This document shows positions 31,613 to 42,229 of a stretch of DNA of 64,000 nucleotides, piece after piece. The notes under the pieces were generated by a model. That model saw nothing but the letters and a program-made list of their open reading frames with translations, was not told where the DNA came from and searched no databases. Each line of letters starts with the position of its first letter. The first letter of the stretch is position 1. The stretch is from NCBI GenBank assembly GCA_020184695.1, contig JAANOX010000128.1, forward strand, positions 124,001 to 188,000. The letters run 5' to 3'. The position numbers and the translations under genes were made by a program. The DNA comes from Histomonas meleagridis 2922-C6/04-290x (taxonomy: Eukaryota > Protista > Parabasalia).

Positions 31613-33376
31613 TTATTGTAGTTGATTCTTCACAAGATTTGCATAAAGTCCGTTTTTCTCTAATAGCTCCTGATGTGTTCCTTCCTCAACAACAGTACCA
31701 TTCTGGAACAACAAAATTCGATCTGCATTAACAACTGTTGCTAATCTATGCGCCACCAAAATTATTGTTTTCTTATGCCTAAACTTTTCTAACGAGTTGT
31801 GAATTAACTTTTCGCTTTCTGTATCTAAAGCTGAAGTCGCTTCATCAAGCAACAAAATTGGAGTATTTGCCAAAATAGCTCTTGAAATACAAATTCTTTG
31901 TTTTTGTCCACCGCTTAAACTTGTTTGATTAACAATTGATTGATAACCATTTGGTAACTCCGTGATAAATTCATGTGCATTTCCTATTTGTGCTGCTTTT
32001 ATGATTTCTTTTTTCTTTGCGTTTTCTTTTGAGAAACAAATGTTATCTGAAATCGAAGTCGAAAATAAAATTGGTGTTTGTGGTACAGAAGAAATATAAG
32101 AACGTAAATCAACACCAGAAACTTTAGATATGTCTTGATAATCAATTAGAATTTGTCCGCTTTCGATTTCATAAAATCTTTGAAGTAATTGAAGTGTTGT
32201 AGTTTTACCACAACCACTTTCGCCTACGAAAGCTACAGTTTCGCCTTGATTTATTATAAAACTAAGGTTTTGTACTGCATACTTTTCAGTGTTTTGATAT
32301 TTAAAGAAAACATTTCGAAATTCGATTTTCCCTTTTACATTTTCAAGTTTGCCGCCTTTTTTACGATCGATTTCAGGTTTCATTTCAATAAGTTCGATGA
32401 TTTTTTGTGCTGATACTGCAGATTTGTTCAAATCATTAGAAATCGATATAGCAAGTGTTAATCCGTCGACAGCTAAAAGCATTGAAAAGAAAGAAATGAA
32501 AATTACACTTCCACGATAACCATAATATGATTTGTTAATTGCTAAATCACCACCAATATAACATATACAAGCAACAATTAAGTTAGAAAGAATACAAATA
32601 ATTCCATCTTTTATACCTTGTGCAATTCCAGTCTTTAAATAAATTTGATCAATGGTCATTAATTGATTTTTATAATTTGATGCTTCATAAAGTTCATTGT
32701 CAAATGATTTTATAGTTCGAAATGAAGAAATTGCTTCTTCAACTTTATTATTTGCTAATGTTAAAGATACATTATGTTTAACCCAAATGTTTTGAATAAT
32801 TTTGTCACCAATAACATATATTATAAGACATATTATGATGATTAATACGCCTGGAAGCGTGATTTTCCAACATTTTACAAAAGAAATAATAATTCCAACT
32901 CCTGATTGCCCAATTTTTTGAAATGTAATGAGGAGCTTTTCATAATATGTGCCTTGTATCATGGTGATTTCTTGTGATAAACGTCCAATAAGAACTCCTG
33001 TTGGTGTTCGATCAAAAAAATCAATTCCTTGTTCAACTAAATTTTGATAAACTCTGTCTCGTAGATCTCTTACAAATGTTGAGTTGCAGTACGTCTTAAT
33101 TGCATATGCAACGGATGAAGCTACAAACATGCCTATTACATAATATACCATATTTAAAATTACTGGAACAAAATCATCCATAAAATTGGTACTGGTGAAT
33201 ACATCAACCATGTCTCCTACTAAAATAGTTATTATATCATATAATGCACCAATTGCAAAATATAAAAAAACTGTCAAGATCACTAACCATTTATTTTTAA
33301 CATATTTCATTATTTTGAAATATTCGCCACCTCTTGTATATTTAATTTTGCTTGAATCTTGAGGCGAATTGCTCAT
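31613..33376 (-). CDS. ABCB/MDR-type half transporter (TMD-NBD)
   Basis: Walker A GESGCGKTT, signature LSGGQKQR, Walker B ILLLDEATSALD, H-loop VAHRL; N-terminal TM domain. Confidence 0.93.
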   Translation of the reverse strand: MSNSPQDSSKIKYTRGGEYFKIMKYVKNKWLVILTVFLYFAIGALYDIITILVGDMVDVFTSTNFMDDFVPVILNMVYYVIGMFVASSVAYAIKTYCNSTFVRDLRDRVYQNLVEQGIDFFDRTPTGVLIGRLSQEITMIQGTYYEKLLITFQKIGQSGVGIIISFVKCWKITLPGVLIIIICLIIYVIGDKIIQNIWVKHNVSLTLANNKVEEAISSFRTIKSFDNELYEASNYKNQLMTIDQIYLKTGIAQGIKDGIICILSNLIVACICYIGGDLAINKSYYGYRGSVIFISFFSMLLAVDGLTLAISISNDLNKSAVSAQKIIELIEMKPEIDRKKGGKLENVKGKIEFRNVFFKYQNTEKYAVQNLSFIINQGETVAFVGESGCGKTTTLQLLQRFYEIESGQILIDYQDISKVSGVDLRSYISSVPQTPILFSTSISDNICFSKENAKKKEIIKAAQIGNAHEFITELPNGYQSIVNQTSLSGGQKQRICISRAILANTPILLLDEATSALDTESEKLIHNSLEKFRHKKTIILVAHRLATVVNADRILLFQNGTVVEEGTHQELLEKNGLYANLVKNQLQ

Positions 33377-33531
33377 GAAGTGATCTGACTATGGATTTTA
33401 TTCACATCACATGTCGTGCTATCGTTCTTGTTTGATTTTCTATGAGGTAAAAAAGATTTTGGTTTGAATTTCAATAGCCTTTGAATACATTGTGGAACGT
33501 TGAGAGTAAAAAACCCAAAAAACTCCCTGGG
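33377..33531. promoter_or_regulatory. Putative bidirectional promoter between the two ABC half transporters
   Basis: 155-bp gap between divergent ATGs at 33376 and 33532; Inr-like TCAC/TCAT motifs present. Confidence 0.5.
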
Positions 33532-35397
33532 ATGTCTGAAGATTCTTCAACATCCCAAAATATTTCAGAGAACTCAGATCATATTTTTTTAAACCAGCAA
33601 AAAGAATCAGATGATCAACAAAAAAATGAATTTCATTTTCGAATTAGGTTATATAAAATGTTGTTAAGATATCCAAAAGCAATTTTAGGTATACTTCCTT
33701 CACTTGTTGCTGGTACAATTCCTATTATTACATTTTATTTTGTAGGCCGTGTTATCAATACAATTAGTGAATATGAAACTTCATATGGTCAACAAAGGAA
33801 TTTTGATGATGTAAAAAAAGATGCACTCTATCTTGTTATTGTTGCGATTGTTACAGGAATTTGTAAGTTTCTTGGAGTATTTTTATGGACGAAAGTTGGC
33901 TCTGAATTTACAAATGGATTAAAATCCGATGTCTTCGAAAAAATTATGAAGAGCGACATTACATTTTTTGATCAAACACCCAATGGTAAAATGTTAACAT
34001 TACTTGGGCAAGAATCCGAGTCTGTTCAAAATGCATTTGGTCAAACGAAAGGACAACAATTTCAATATATTGGTCAATTTTTAGTTGGAATAATTTTTAC
34101 TTATTATTATTGTTGGAAAATAGGACTTATCGCTACGTGTTCTATTCCATATTTTATATTTATTGTATATATATTAAGTAAATCTGTTGATCAACATCTG
34201 AGTCTTATGTTTCTTCATACAAGTAACTCTATAACTATTGCAGAAGAAACATTATCATCGATGCGAACAGTTCGAGGATTTAATCGAGAAGAATCAGAAT
34301 ATCATCGATTTATGGAAGAAACAAATAAAGCAGTTAAAGAAGATCAGAAAACCGGATTTTATATTTCGCTTATGTATGTTTTAATTGATATTGGGATTTG
34401 GTCAATTATTGTTGGGAATTTATATTATGGCGGATTATTAGTTGACCAAGGCGAATTTCAAGTAAGTAATTTAGTATCACTTTTTGGATTTATATTATTT
34501 AGTTTAAATGGAATTATTGTATTACAAATGCTTCTACAAGGTGAAGAACATGCAATTCATTCTGGAAAAAATTTGCTTAATATATTAGATAAAGAAACAT
34601 CAATACCTTTTGATGAAGGAGAAATAATTGAAGATTTTAAAGGACATATTGAATTTAAAAATGTTTCCTTTAAATATCCGACACGTGATGTTTATGTATT
34701 AAAAGATGTTTCATTTGAAATTAAACCAGGTGAAATTGGTGCTCTTGTAGGGCATTCAGGTTCAGGTAAATCGACATGTATCCAATTATTAGAACGATTT
34801 TATGATGTTAATGAAGGCGTTATTTTATTAGATGGGAAAGATATTAAAAGTCTTAATCCTCATTGGCTTCATCAAAATATTAGTCTTGTTTCACAAGAGC
34901 CAATTCTGTTTCAATTATCAATTAAGGATAATATAAAATATGGTAAAAGAAATGCAACTGATGAAATGGTTATTAAAGCTGCTAAAAAGTCAAACGCTTT
35001 AGGATTTATTGAAAATTTGGACAATCAATTCGAATATTTTGTTGGTGAAAAAGGTGACGCTGTAAGTGGTGGACAAAGACAAAGAATCGCAATTGCAAGA
35101 GCTTTAATTAGAAATCCAGTGATTTTGTTGACAGATGAAGCAACTTCAGCACTTGACGCTGAAAGTGAAAAAGAAGTTCAAATCGCATTAGAAAAGGTTA
35201 TGAAAGGAAGAACTTCAGTTGTTGTTGCTCATAGATTAAGTACAATCAAAAATGCAAATGTTATTTACGTTTTTGATTCAGGAAAAATCAAAGAAAAAGG
35301 AACACATTCTTATTTAATACAGAAAAAAGGTTTCTATTATAAACTTGTTAAAAGACAAATAAAAGAAGAAATAGGAAAGAAAAATAAGAAAAACTAA
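33532..35397 (+). CDS. ABCB/MDR-type half transporter (TMD-NBD)
   Basis: Walker A GHSGSGKST, Q-loop VSQEP, signature VSGGQRQR, Walker B ILLTDEATSALD, VAHRL; first ATG at 33532. Confidence 0.93.
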   Translation: MSEDSSTSQNISENSDHIFLNQQKESDDQQKNEFHFRIRLYKMLLRYPKAILGILPSLVAGTIPIITFYFVGRVINTISEYETSYGQQRNFDDVKKDALYLVIVAIVTGICKFLGVFLWTKVGSEFTNGLKSDVFEKIMKSDITFFDQTPNGKMLTLLGQESESVQNAFGQTKGQQFQYIGQFLVGIIFTYYYCWKIGLIATCSIPYFIFIVYILSKSVDQHLSLMFLHTSNSITIAEETLSSMRTVRGFNREESEYHRFMEETNKAVKEDQKTGFYISLMYVLIDIGIWSIIVGNLYYGGLLVDQGEFQVSNLVSLFGFILFSLNGIIVLQMLLQGEEHAIHSGKNLLNILDKETSIPFDEGEIIEDFKGHIEFKNVSFKYPTRDVYVLKDVSFEIKPGEIGALVGHSGSGKSTCIQLLERFYDVNEGVILLDGKDIKSLNPHWLHQNISLVSQEPILFQLSIKDNIKYGKRNATDEMVIKAAKKSNALGFIENLDNQFEYFVGEKGDAVSGGQRQRIAIARALIRNPVILLTDEATSALDAESEKEVQIALEKVMKGRTSVVVAHRLSTIKNANVIYVFDSGKIKEKGTHSYLIQKKGFYYKLVKRQIKEEIGKKNKKN

Positions 35398-35687
35398 AAT
35401 TAGTTACTAAACATAGAATATATGTTTTGAATATATAGTCATGAAATTTGGTAAAAGTATCAGAGTAATATTAAGTTTAGTGGTTGAAAATAAAATAAAA
35501 AATGATAATAAAGTTCCCAGAATTGTCTGGGCAAAAATTGAGGTCACCTCACTAATTATCGTGGAATGTCAAAATACGTTAAATCTTTTTTATATAAACG
35601 TCTTTTTATTGAAACACTAACTTATTACACACAAATATTTGAGTGTTTTTCTGAGCATTATTTGACATGTGTAGTGAAATTATACAG

Positions 35688-36599
35688 ATGGAAGTTGATT
35701 CTTTACTCCAAGAAATTGAGAATGGAAACCATTTACCTGAAAAAGATCTCACACTTATTTTCAAAAAAATGAAAGAAATGTTGTTTGCAGTCGGAACAAT
35801 ACAAAAACTATCTCTTCCAATTACAATATGTGGTGATATCCATGGACAACTATATGATTTATTTGAGCTTTTCCGTGTTTCTGGTGGAGTTGAAAACAAT
35901 ACATATCTTTTTCTTGGTGATTATGTTGATCGTGGCTATTATTCCATAGAAACATTTACATATCTTTGTTTATTAAAGATCAAATATCCAGACCGCATAA
36001 TCCTCCTTCGTGGTAACCACGAGAGTAGGCAAACAAACCAATGTTATGGCTTTTATGACGAATTTATTCATCTATACAATAATGCCTCTTTATGGAAAAC
36101 ATGTAATGAAGTCTTTGATCTACTTCCTCTTTCAGCCCTTATTGAGAAGAAGATATTTTGTGTTCATGGTGGACTTTCACCAGATATTCATTTAATCCAA
36201 CAAATCTCCACATTCGAAAGACAAACAGAACTTCCATGTAGCGGTCCAATCTCTGACCTCTGTTGGAGTGATCCCGATGAAATCGAATCGTGGGGAATTA
36301 ACCAACGTGGCGCAGGATGGCTCTTTGGGAAGCGTCCAACAAATGAATTCTCGCACATGAACAAGCTCGATTTGATTGTTAGAGCTCATCAGGTTGCAAT
36401 GGATGGGTACAAGTATCATTTTGGAGAGAAGAAACTTATAACTGTTTGGTCGGCGCCAAACTATATGTATCGGACGGGAAACGACGCGTCTGTTTTGAAG
36501 ATCGATAAAAATATGAACAGACAAATTGTGGTGTTTAAGGCTGTGGAAAATGATAAAAGAGTCATTCCGAATGAACAAATCCCACATTACTTTGCTTGA
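35688..36599 (+). CDS. PPP-family Ser/Thr phosphatase catalytic subunit, PP2A-like (PP4/PP6 type)
   Basis: GDIHGQ, GDYVDRG, LRGNHESR, WSAPNY motifs; start at 35688 or the upstream ATG at 35667. Confidence 0.93.
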   Translation: MEVDSLLQEIENGNHLPEKDLTLIFKKMKEMLFAVGTIQKLSLPITICGDIHGQLYDLFELFRVSGGVENNTYLFLGDYVDRGYYSIETFTYLCLLKIKYPDRIILLRGNHESRQTNQCYGFYDEFIHLYNNASLWKTCNEVFDLLPLSALIEKKIFCVHGGLSPDIHLIQQISTFERQTELPCSGPISDLCWSDPDEIESWGINQRGAGWLFGKRPTNEFSHMNKLDLIVRAHQVAMDGYKYHFGEKKLITVWSAPNYMYRTGNDASVLKIDKNMNRQIVVFKAVENDKRVIPNEQIPHYFA

Positions 36600-37434
36600 A
36601 AATAAAATGTAAATATGTTTTTGTTGTATAAAAATTAATTAACTAAAATATATTTTTGTTATTATTTTGAATTATAATAGATGGAAAATTTTCATGGAAA
36701 ATATATTTGGTTATTTGTTAATCTTTCTTTTGGTTATAATTGCTATTCTTTTTTAATATATGAAGCAAATCATGTCTTTGTTATTTTTTCACATGAAATA
36801 CATTTTTTTTTAATTTTATTCAATCAATTTTTAATATTTTTATTAAAAATTATCTAATTCAATTATCATTTCTCTTATTAAATTGATCATTTGATTCGTG
36901 TATAATTTAATGATATTTGTTTTTCCTTCATTTCATTTGAAACATGAATATATATCCGGTATTTTTTTAAGTTAGATTTGTGATATTTCAACTCTGTAAA
37001 TGTGTTAATGAAATCATATTGATTCAAAAAAAATTGAAAAATTTCCATAGAGTTTGATGTCAACTAAATATTAACTGTATCTGTAAATTGAAATTAAAAT
37101 ATTGATAAATTAAATATTTGTCATGACTCTTAACCTTATATGTTTTAAGACAATTTTATAAGAAATGGATCATTCAATAACCAGAATGTCTAGGTAAAAT
37201 ATATACGAAATTCATTATAATTTTGGTATTCAATGATTAAAATTTAAGATGGACTTACATATCTCAAGATGTTTAACTCAATAAAACTTAATAAAATCAT
37301 CACAAACAAAAAGATGAATATGATATCATAAATATATATCATATTTATATAACAGAGCAAAATATGACAAACAATATTGTGAAACACATCAATAATCCAA
37401 ATATTAATACACACAAACAAATTTTATTCTAATA

Positions 37435-38514
37435 TTAAATAAGTGGAGGATCGTTGTTTTGCAAAAGCCTTTCTGTGTCTGTCTGCTTCCGCGCCGGTAT
37501 CTTCACAATTCCTTGGTACACGTAAGCGCCGAACACCATTACAGCGAATCCGACCATTTGTAGCCACGACCACTTTGTCCATTCTTCGCCAGCTTTTGCG
37601 TATTTTTCCTCGTATTCTGTTCCTGTTATAATCCAATGTATAAATATCTGAATTATCCAAACAATAGCAATTGTCAATTGATCGAAAACCATTCGCGCAA
37701 TTGCGGAAGCGTTTTGCGTAATTTTCAGCGAAAGAATTGTCCAAATTGCAAATATCGCAATGCTTACGATGCTTAATATTAATATAATAGAATTGTTTTT
37801 AATCATTATAATTGTATCATATGTATCTTCCATTGTTAATAATAAAAATGTGGAAAACATAAAACTCCAAATTCCACTTAAACCACTGACTTCTGATGGA
37901 GATAAATTCATGGAATCCATAACCTTTTCTTCAATAATCATGGAAATGGCTTGAAGTGACTTAGACATAATACGAACAATAACAAAAATTGCAATTGTTA
38001 CATTAGAAGCAGTTTTATGCGTGGTCTTGGAATTGCTAAGTAATGCAGAGAGAGAAACTAGAAAAATGGCGATAAGAGTAAATATAATACCCATAAATTG
38101 ATGATCTTGAAGGGGTTTGTGTAAGTAATATTTGGAAATTAAGCCACCAAATATGAGTGTAGATGATCGAAGCATTAAAGAAACAGAATAATCAAGATAA
38201 AGTGATGAAACATTTGATAGAGTCCCAGCTACAAGATTAAAAAATGTGGATATTCCAAGTTTTAAAAATGGTTTGAGGTATAATTTTGAAGATAAAAACT
38301 TATTAAAAAATAACCGAAGGTTTGCGATTAAGTTAAATAAAAATATTGAAAATAAACCACATGAGCCAAGCCAAGTATAAAAAAATGGTTTTTGAAATTT
38401 ATGAACAATTGAATTTGAACCAACAGAAGTACACTCAAAAAGAAACTTCTGGACAATGTGAATACTCGCACCAAAGGATGGCATTAGCAAATAAAGCCAA
38501 TTTGATTTTTCCAT
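37435..38514 (-). CDS. SLC35F-like drug/metabolite (nucleotide-sugar) transporter
   Basis: About 10 TM segments; FQKPFFYTW, SVSLMLRSSTLIFG, IIEEKVM and ARMVFDQL motifs typical of SLC35F6-like proteins. Confidence 0.82.
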   Translation of the reverse strand: MEKSNWLYLLMPSFGASIHIVQKFLFECTSVGSNSIVHKFQKPFFYTWLGSCGLFSIFLFNLIANLRLFFNKFLSSKLYLKPFLKLGISTFFNLVAGTLSNVSSLYLDYSVSLMLRSSTLIFGGLISKYYLHKPLQDHQFMGIIFTLIAIFLVSLSALLSNSKTTHKTASNVTIAIFVIVRIMSKSLQAISMIIEEKVMDSMNLSPSEVSGLSGIWSFMFSTFLLLTMEDTYDTIIMIKNNSIILILSIVSIAIFAIWTILSLKITQNASAIARMVFDQLTIAIVWIIQIFIHWIITGTEYEEKYAKAGEEWTKWSWLQMVGFAVMVFGAYVYQGIVKIPARKQTDTERLLQNNDPPLI

Positions 38515-38929
38515 TATTTATTTTGCACAAATTGGATGTTTAGATAATGGTATGAAAAAGTGCCAGACACCGTTAAGATTTCTTCAAATTGTTTTTAATA
38601 AAAATATAAAAAATTGACTTCTTTTGAATAATATGCGGAATAAACCAAGCAATCAAATTATTTTTCTTATTCTAATCGGAAAATTAAATAATGTTTGTTA
38701 ATTTGTTAAATCAAAATGATCTTATGTTGATTAAAAAATTATTTTAAATTCCAATTAAATAGGCTCAGCCTTGGAATCATTATAAGTCATCTTTTGATTA
38801 ATGGATTGCATTATTCTGCAGTAGTCAGATTTGTTTTTTTTGAAAACGTTTGGCATGGATAATTGTGTTGGTATTAAAAGAACTTATAGAAAATTTTGAA
38901 TAAGATTTTAACGAACTCCATACCTTGTT

Positions 38930-41900
38930 TTGCTTTCCCTTCTATTACTTTTTGCGAAAGCACAAAGCAATAGTGGGGTCTCAGATGTTATTTTATGTCT
39001 CCAAACGCAGTATGTTGATAATATTGGTCGCTCAGAATTTTTTTATAAAATTGGATACATAGGATCTTCTTTTGATATGGTATTTTCAAACAAAACCACA
39101 GTCACATCTGACGGCTTCCATATTTATGCGTCTATACCACATTGTTTTCAATTTTTTGATGATAATTATCATTTTCTATCTTTGTCGCGTGTTGTATTTA
39201 ACTTTAGTGCATATGCTGAATTCACTCCAAAAGCGATTTTTTTGCCAGCTTTTAATATTCTTACAATGCGTTCTTTTTCATTGAATATAACAAATGTTAT
39301 GAAAAACACATCTTTGATTATCAATGAAATTTATACGACCTCTCGAGAAATTTATATTGTTAATCTAGGTCCAGTTGAAATTCCACCAAATTCCACCGAA
39401 ACATTTTCATTTTTTATATGTCCAACAGATACAAAATCATGTTCCACCATAATTTTAATATCTACATCCAAAGGCACATTTCCACTTTCAGTCTCATATC
39501 GGTCCATAATTACTCCACATGATATTTCATTTCAATCAATATATCATCAATCGTCACATGTTAAAGTTAATTTATCACTTAAATTTCCATTTTTACTTAA
39601 TGACAAAAATTCGATTATATATGACACAACACTTTTTAATCCGAACAAAACATTATTAACGAATAAGTCATTTCATTTATCATTAATGAACACGAAGAAT
39701 GGTTTTTATTTAACGTTTGTTCATTTACTTTGCGAAAATATTATTCGATCATTTCCAATGTATATTTTAGTTTCATCAAAATTTTTACAAACATATTATC
39801 CATCGATTTTATTAAAACTTGTTACAACTCCAACAGGTAATTCTACTGCTGATATTAAAGTAATTAATACAACTCCATTTAACATTAGTGTTACGTCACT
39901 TTCTTTATCAAAAGATGCGCCTTCTAATATACAAATACAAATGAAATCGCAACCAATAATATTTCCTAAGTTTTCATCAATTGTTATTGGGAAAGTTATT
40001 TTGTTTGGAAGTAAAGAAGGAGAAATTAAAACATTTGCAACTGTTACATATGAAGTTATGTCGAAAAATATAGTCCATACATTTGATATACCAATTCATG
40101 GATCAGTTATATATGGGGAATTAACGCCAAATAAGAAACAAATCCAATTTCTTTTGACATCGAAAAAAATCAAGAAAATTCATTTTGTTAATAATTTTAA
40201 TGTACCTGTAGCAATTCTTATTGCAAAAATCGATTCAACAATTTTTAAAATTTTAAATTTTACACCTTCACTTGTATTACCAGGTGAAAAGTCACAAGAT
40301 ATTATAGTTAAATATTCTTTAAATCATGAAGATAAATATTCATTTAATGCGAAATTAACAATTATAACAAACGCAACGAACTATGATATCCCTGTTTGTA
40401 GTTATAATGGAAAATTAACAATTTCGAAAACAAATGAACATTTTACATCACAAATATTTAAAAATTTCGGAAAAGTTTTTTGTTTAACTACAAACAATTT
40501 CACTTTTTATCTAAAGAATTCAAATCCAACAGGTTTTTTAGTTACGAATTATACCGTTTCAAATGGAATTAGTGTAAAAGGTTTTTGGAATGGGAACAAA
40601 TCACTTCCGATTTTAAATCATGTGATTCCTCCATTTTCTGTTAATAATTTAACAATTTTCATAACGTTTAATAATGTCATATCCGAATTAACACGAATTG
40701 ATTCATTTATGATCGGAAATAATGAAACAACAATTCAAGTTTTGTTTCAATGGTCTCCAATTTCTGGTAATATTCAAGTTTCAACCACATTACCAGTCAT
40801 ACTTTTATATGGCTGTAATTATTCATCCGAAATATATTTTGAGTCCAATTATTTAACTTCATTTAAATTAAATTCATTTACAACAAATACAAATTCTGTT
40901 AATTTAAATGCATTATTGCCAATTATTCGACCAAAATTTAAAACGTCGATAAGTAAAATGAATTTTTTAGTTGATTATAACTTAATGAAATCAATGAATA
41001 TTTCGAATCTTTTTAATTTCTCACTTGATTTTAATGAACAAATAAAGTTATGGAAAACATGGAAATTACCATATCAACGTAATATACCATTATTTATTGG
41101 GATAAAAGGTAATCAAGGGTTTTATAAATCAAAAATCACATTAAACATTTCATATATAATATTTCCTCCGAGTATAATTAATATTGGAACTATTTTCCCA
41201 ATGAGTTATATTAATGCAACAATAAGAAAAAAGAATTATCTTGATTCTTATGTAGAATTTAGAATCAATGGTAATAATAACACAAAACCTTGGAAAGAAT
41301 CATTTATAGCAAATCCAAATTCTTATATTGATTTAAACTTTGCAATTCGTTTTTCTGATATTGGGAAACAACATTGTTCAATTCCTATCACAACTAATGC
41401 TACACCACCATTTTATGTATATGTTAAAGCGGATATTGTTTTACCAAAGATTTTGTTCATTAATGATATTGGTCAACCTTTAAGCTCATTAAATTTCTCA
41501 TCAAATAATTCGATAATAAATCGAAATTGGAAAAAAACAATTTTCCTAAGAAACGAAGGGAAAATTAACGTAACAATTGGAAAGTTCATGTTGAATTCGA
41601 CTGTTTTTTCATTTGTATCTAATTGTAAATCGATTTTACAAAATAATAATTCGTGTGAAGTTAATATTTCTGTTTTGCCATTGAAAATAAAAAATGAATT
41701 AGAAGAAAGTATTTTGTCGATTTATTCACATGGAATAAAATTAAGTTGTAACTTAAAAGTCGAAGTTACAAAAAATGATATAAAACTACTTAGAGAAATT
41801 GATATATTAATTACTTTTGTTATAATATTATTTGGTTCTTCTGGACAATTGTGTTCTATAGTGTTTTTCTGTAGAAGATCAATGAAGTCAAAAAGAGAAA

Positions 41901-42085
41901 TGAAAAATAGGTTACAAAAATTAGTAAACGAATGTAATAAATTAACAAAATCGACAAAATCTACTACAAGTACACAGACAGAAACTATAAATGAGAATCT
42001 CTGCGGAAAATGGATCGATGTTCCAGGATTTCAAATGCAAATTTCAGACGAGGCTTTCTCGCAATTAAATATGCTTTTAGACTAA
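38930..42085 (+). CDS. Large single-pass protein with tandem Ig-like/ASH-type domains, TMEM131-like; no ATG at the signal peptide
   Basis: 1051 stop-free codons with a signal-like LLSLLLLFAKA, repeated IxNxxNxPV/IxLxN.GxxNVTI beta-sandwich motifs and a C-terminal TM. Confidence 0.65.
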   Translation: MLSLLLLFAKAQSNSGVSDVILCLQTQYVDNIGRSEFFYKIGYIGSSFDMVFSNKTTVTSDGFHIYASIPHCFQFFDDNYHFLSLSRVVFNFSAYAEFTPKAIFLPAFNILTMRSFSLNITNVMKNTSLIINEIYTTSREIYIVNLGPVEIPPNSTETFSFFICPTDTKSCSTIILISTSKGTFPLSVSYRSIITPHDISFQSIYHQSSHVKVNLSLKFPFLLNDKNSIIYDTTLFNPNKTLLTNKSFHLSLMNTKNGFYLTFVHLLCENIIRSFPMYILVSSKFLQTYYPSILLKLVTTPTGNSTADIKVINTTPFNISVTSLSLSKDAPSNIQIQMKSQPIIFPKFSSIVIGKVILFGSKEGEIKTFATVTYEVMSKNIVHTFDIPIHGSVIYGELTPNKKQIQFLLTSKKIKKIHFVNNFNVPVAILIAKIDSTIFKILNFTPSLVLPGEKSQDIIVKYSLNHEDKYSFNAKLTIITNATNYDIPVCSYNGKLTISKTNEHFTSQIFKNFGKVFCLTTNNFTFYLKNSNPTGFLVTNYTVSNGISVKGFWNGNKSLPILNHVIPPFSVNNLTIFITFNNVISELTRIDSFMIGNNETTIQVLFQWSPISGNIQVSTTLPVILLYGCNYSSEIYFESNYLTSFKLNSFTTNTNSVNLNALLPIIRPKFKTSISKMNFLVDYNLMKSMNISNLFNFSLDFNEQIKLWKTWKLPYQRNIPLFIGIKGNQGFYKSKITLNISYIIFPPSIINIGTIFPMSYINATIRKKNYLDSYVEFRINGNNNTKPWKESFIANPNSYIDLNFAIRFSDIGKQHCSIPITTNATPPFYVYVKADIVLPKILFINDIGQPLSSLNFSSNNSIINRNWKKTIFLRNEGKINVTIGKFMLNSTVFSFVSNCKSILQNNNSCEVNISVLPLKIKNELEESILSIYSHGIKLSCNLKVEVTKNDIKLLREIDILITFVIILFGSSGQLCSIVFFCRRSMKSKREMKNRLQKLVNECNKLTKSTKSTTSTQTETINENLCGKWIDVPGFQMQISDEAFSQLNMLLD

Positions 42086-42170
42086 AACATAAATTGTTTA
42101 ATATATATTCATTTTTTTGGTTTTAAAAACGTGATTTTTATTTCATTGAAATTAAAAAAATTTTTTTAGT

Positions 42171-42178
42171 GACCGTTT
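42171..42178. promoter_or_regulatory. GACCGTTT/AAACGGTC Myb-recognition-like promoter element (also at 24873, 57430, 5999, 25058)
   Basis: Same 8-mer (7-mer AACGGTC at 5999) close upstream of several start codons; resembles the trichomonad M3/MRE core promoter motif. Confidence 0.45.
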
Positions 42179-42229
42179 ACTTTGCATGTTTTTTTGACGA
42201 CAAATTTGGTACAAAAAATTTTGGAATAA

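Noticed and set aside
36192-36587. 131-aa antisense ORF inside the phosphatase, and similar shadow ORFs within NOG1, amylase, golgin, TOR, Sec13-like and XRCC3
   Set aside because: They overlap well-supported genes and are explained by codon bias or local GC richness; no recognisable motifs.
37319-37350. AT-rich palindromes and hairpins (also around 10815-10870)
   Set aside because: Expected at this AT content, with no conserved context.
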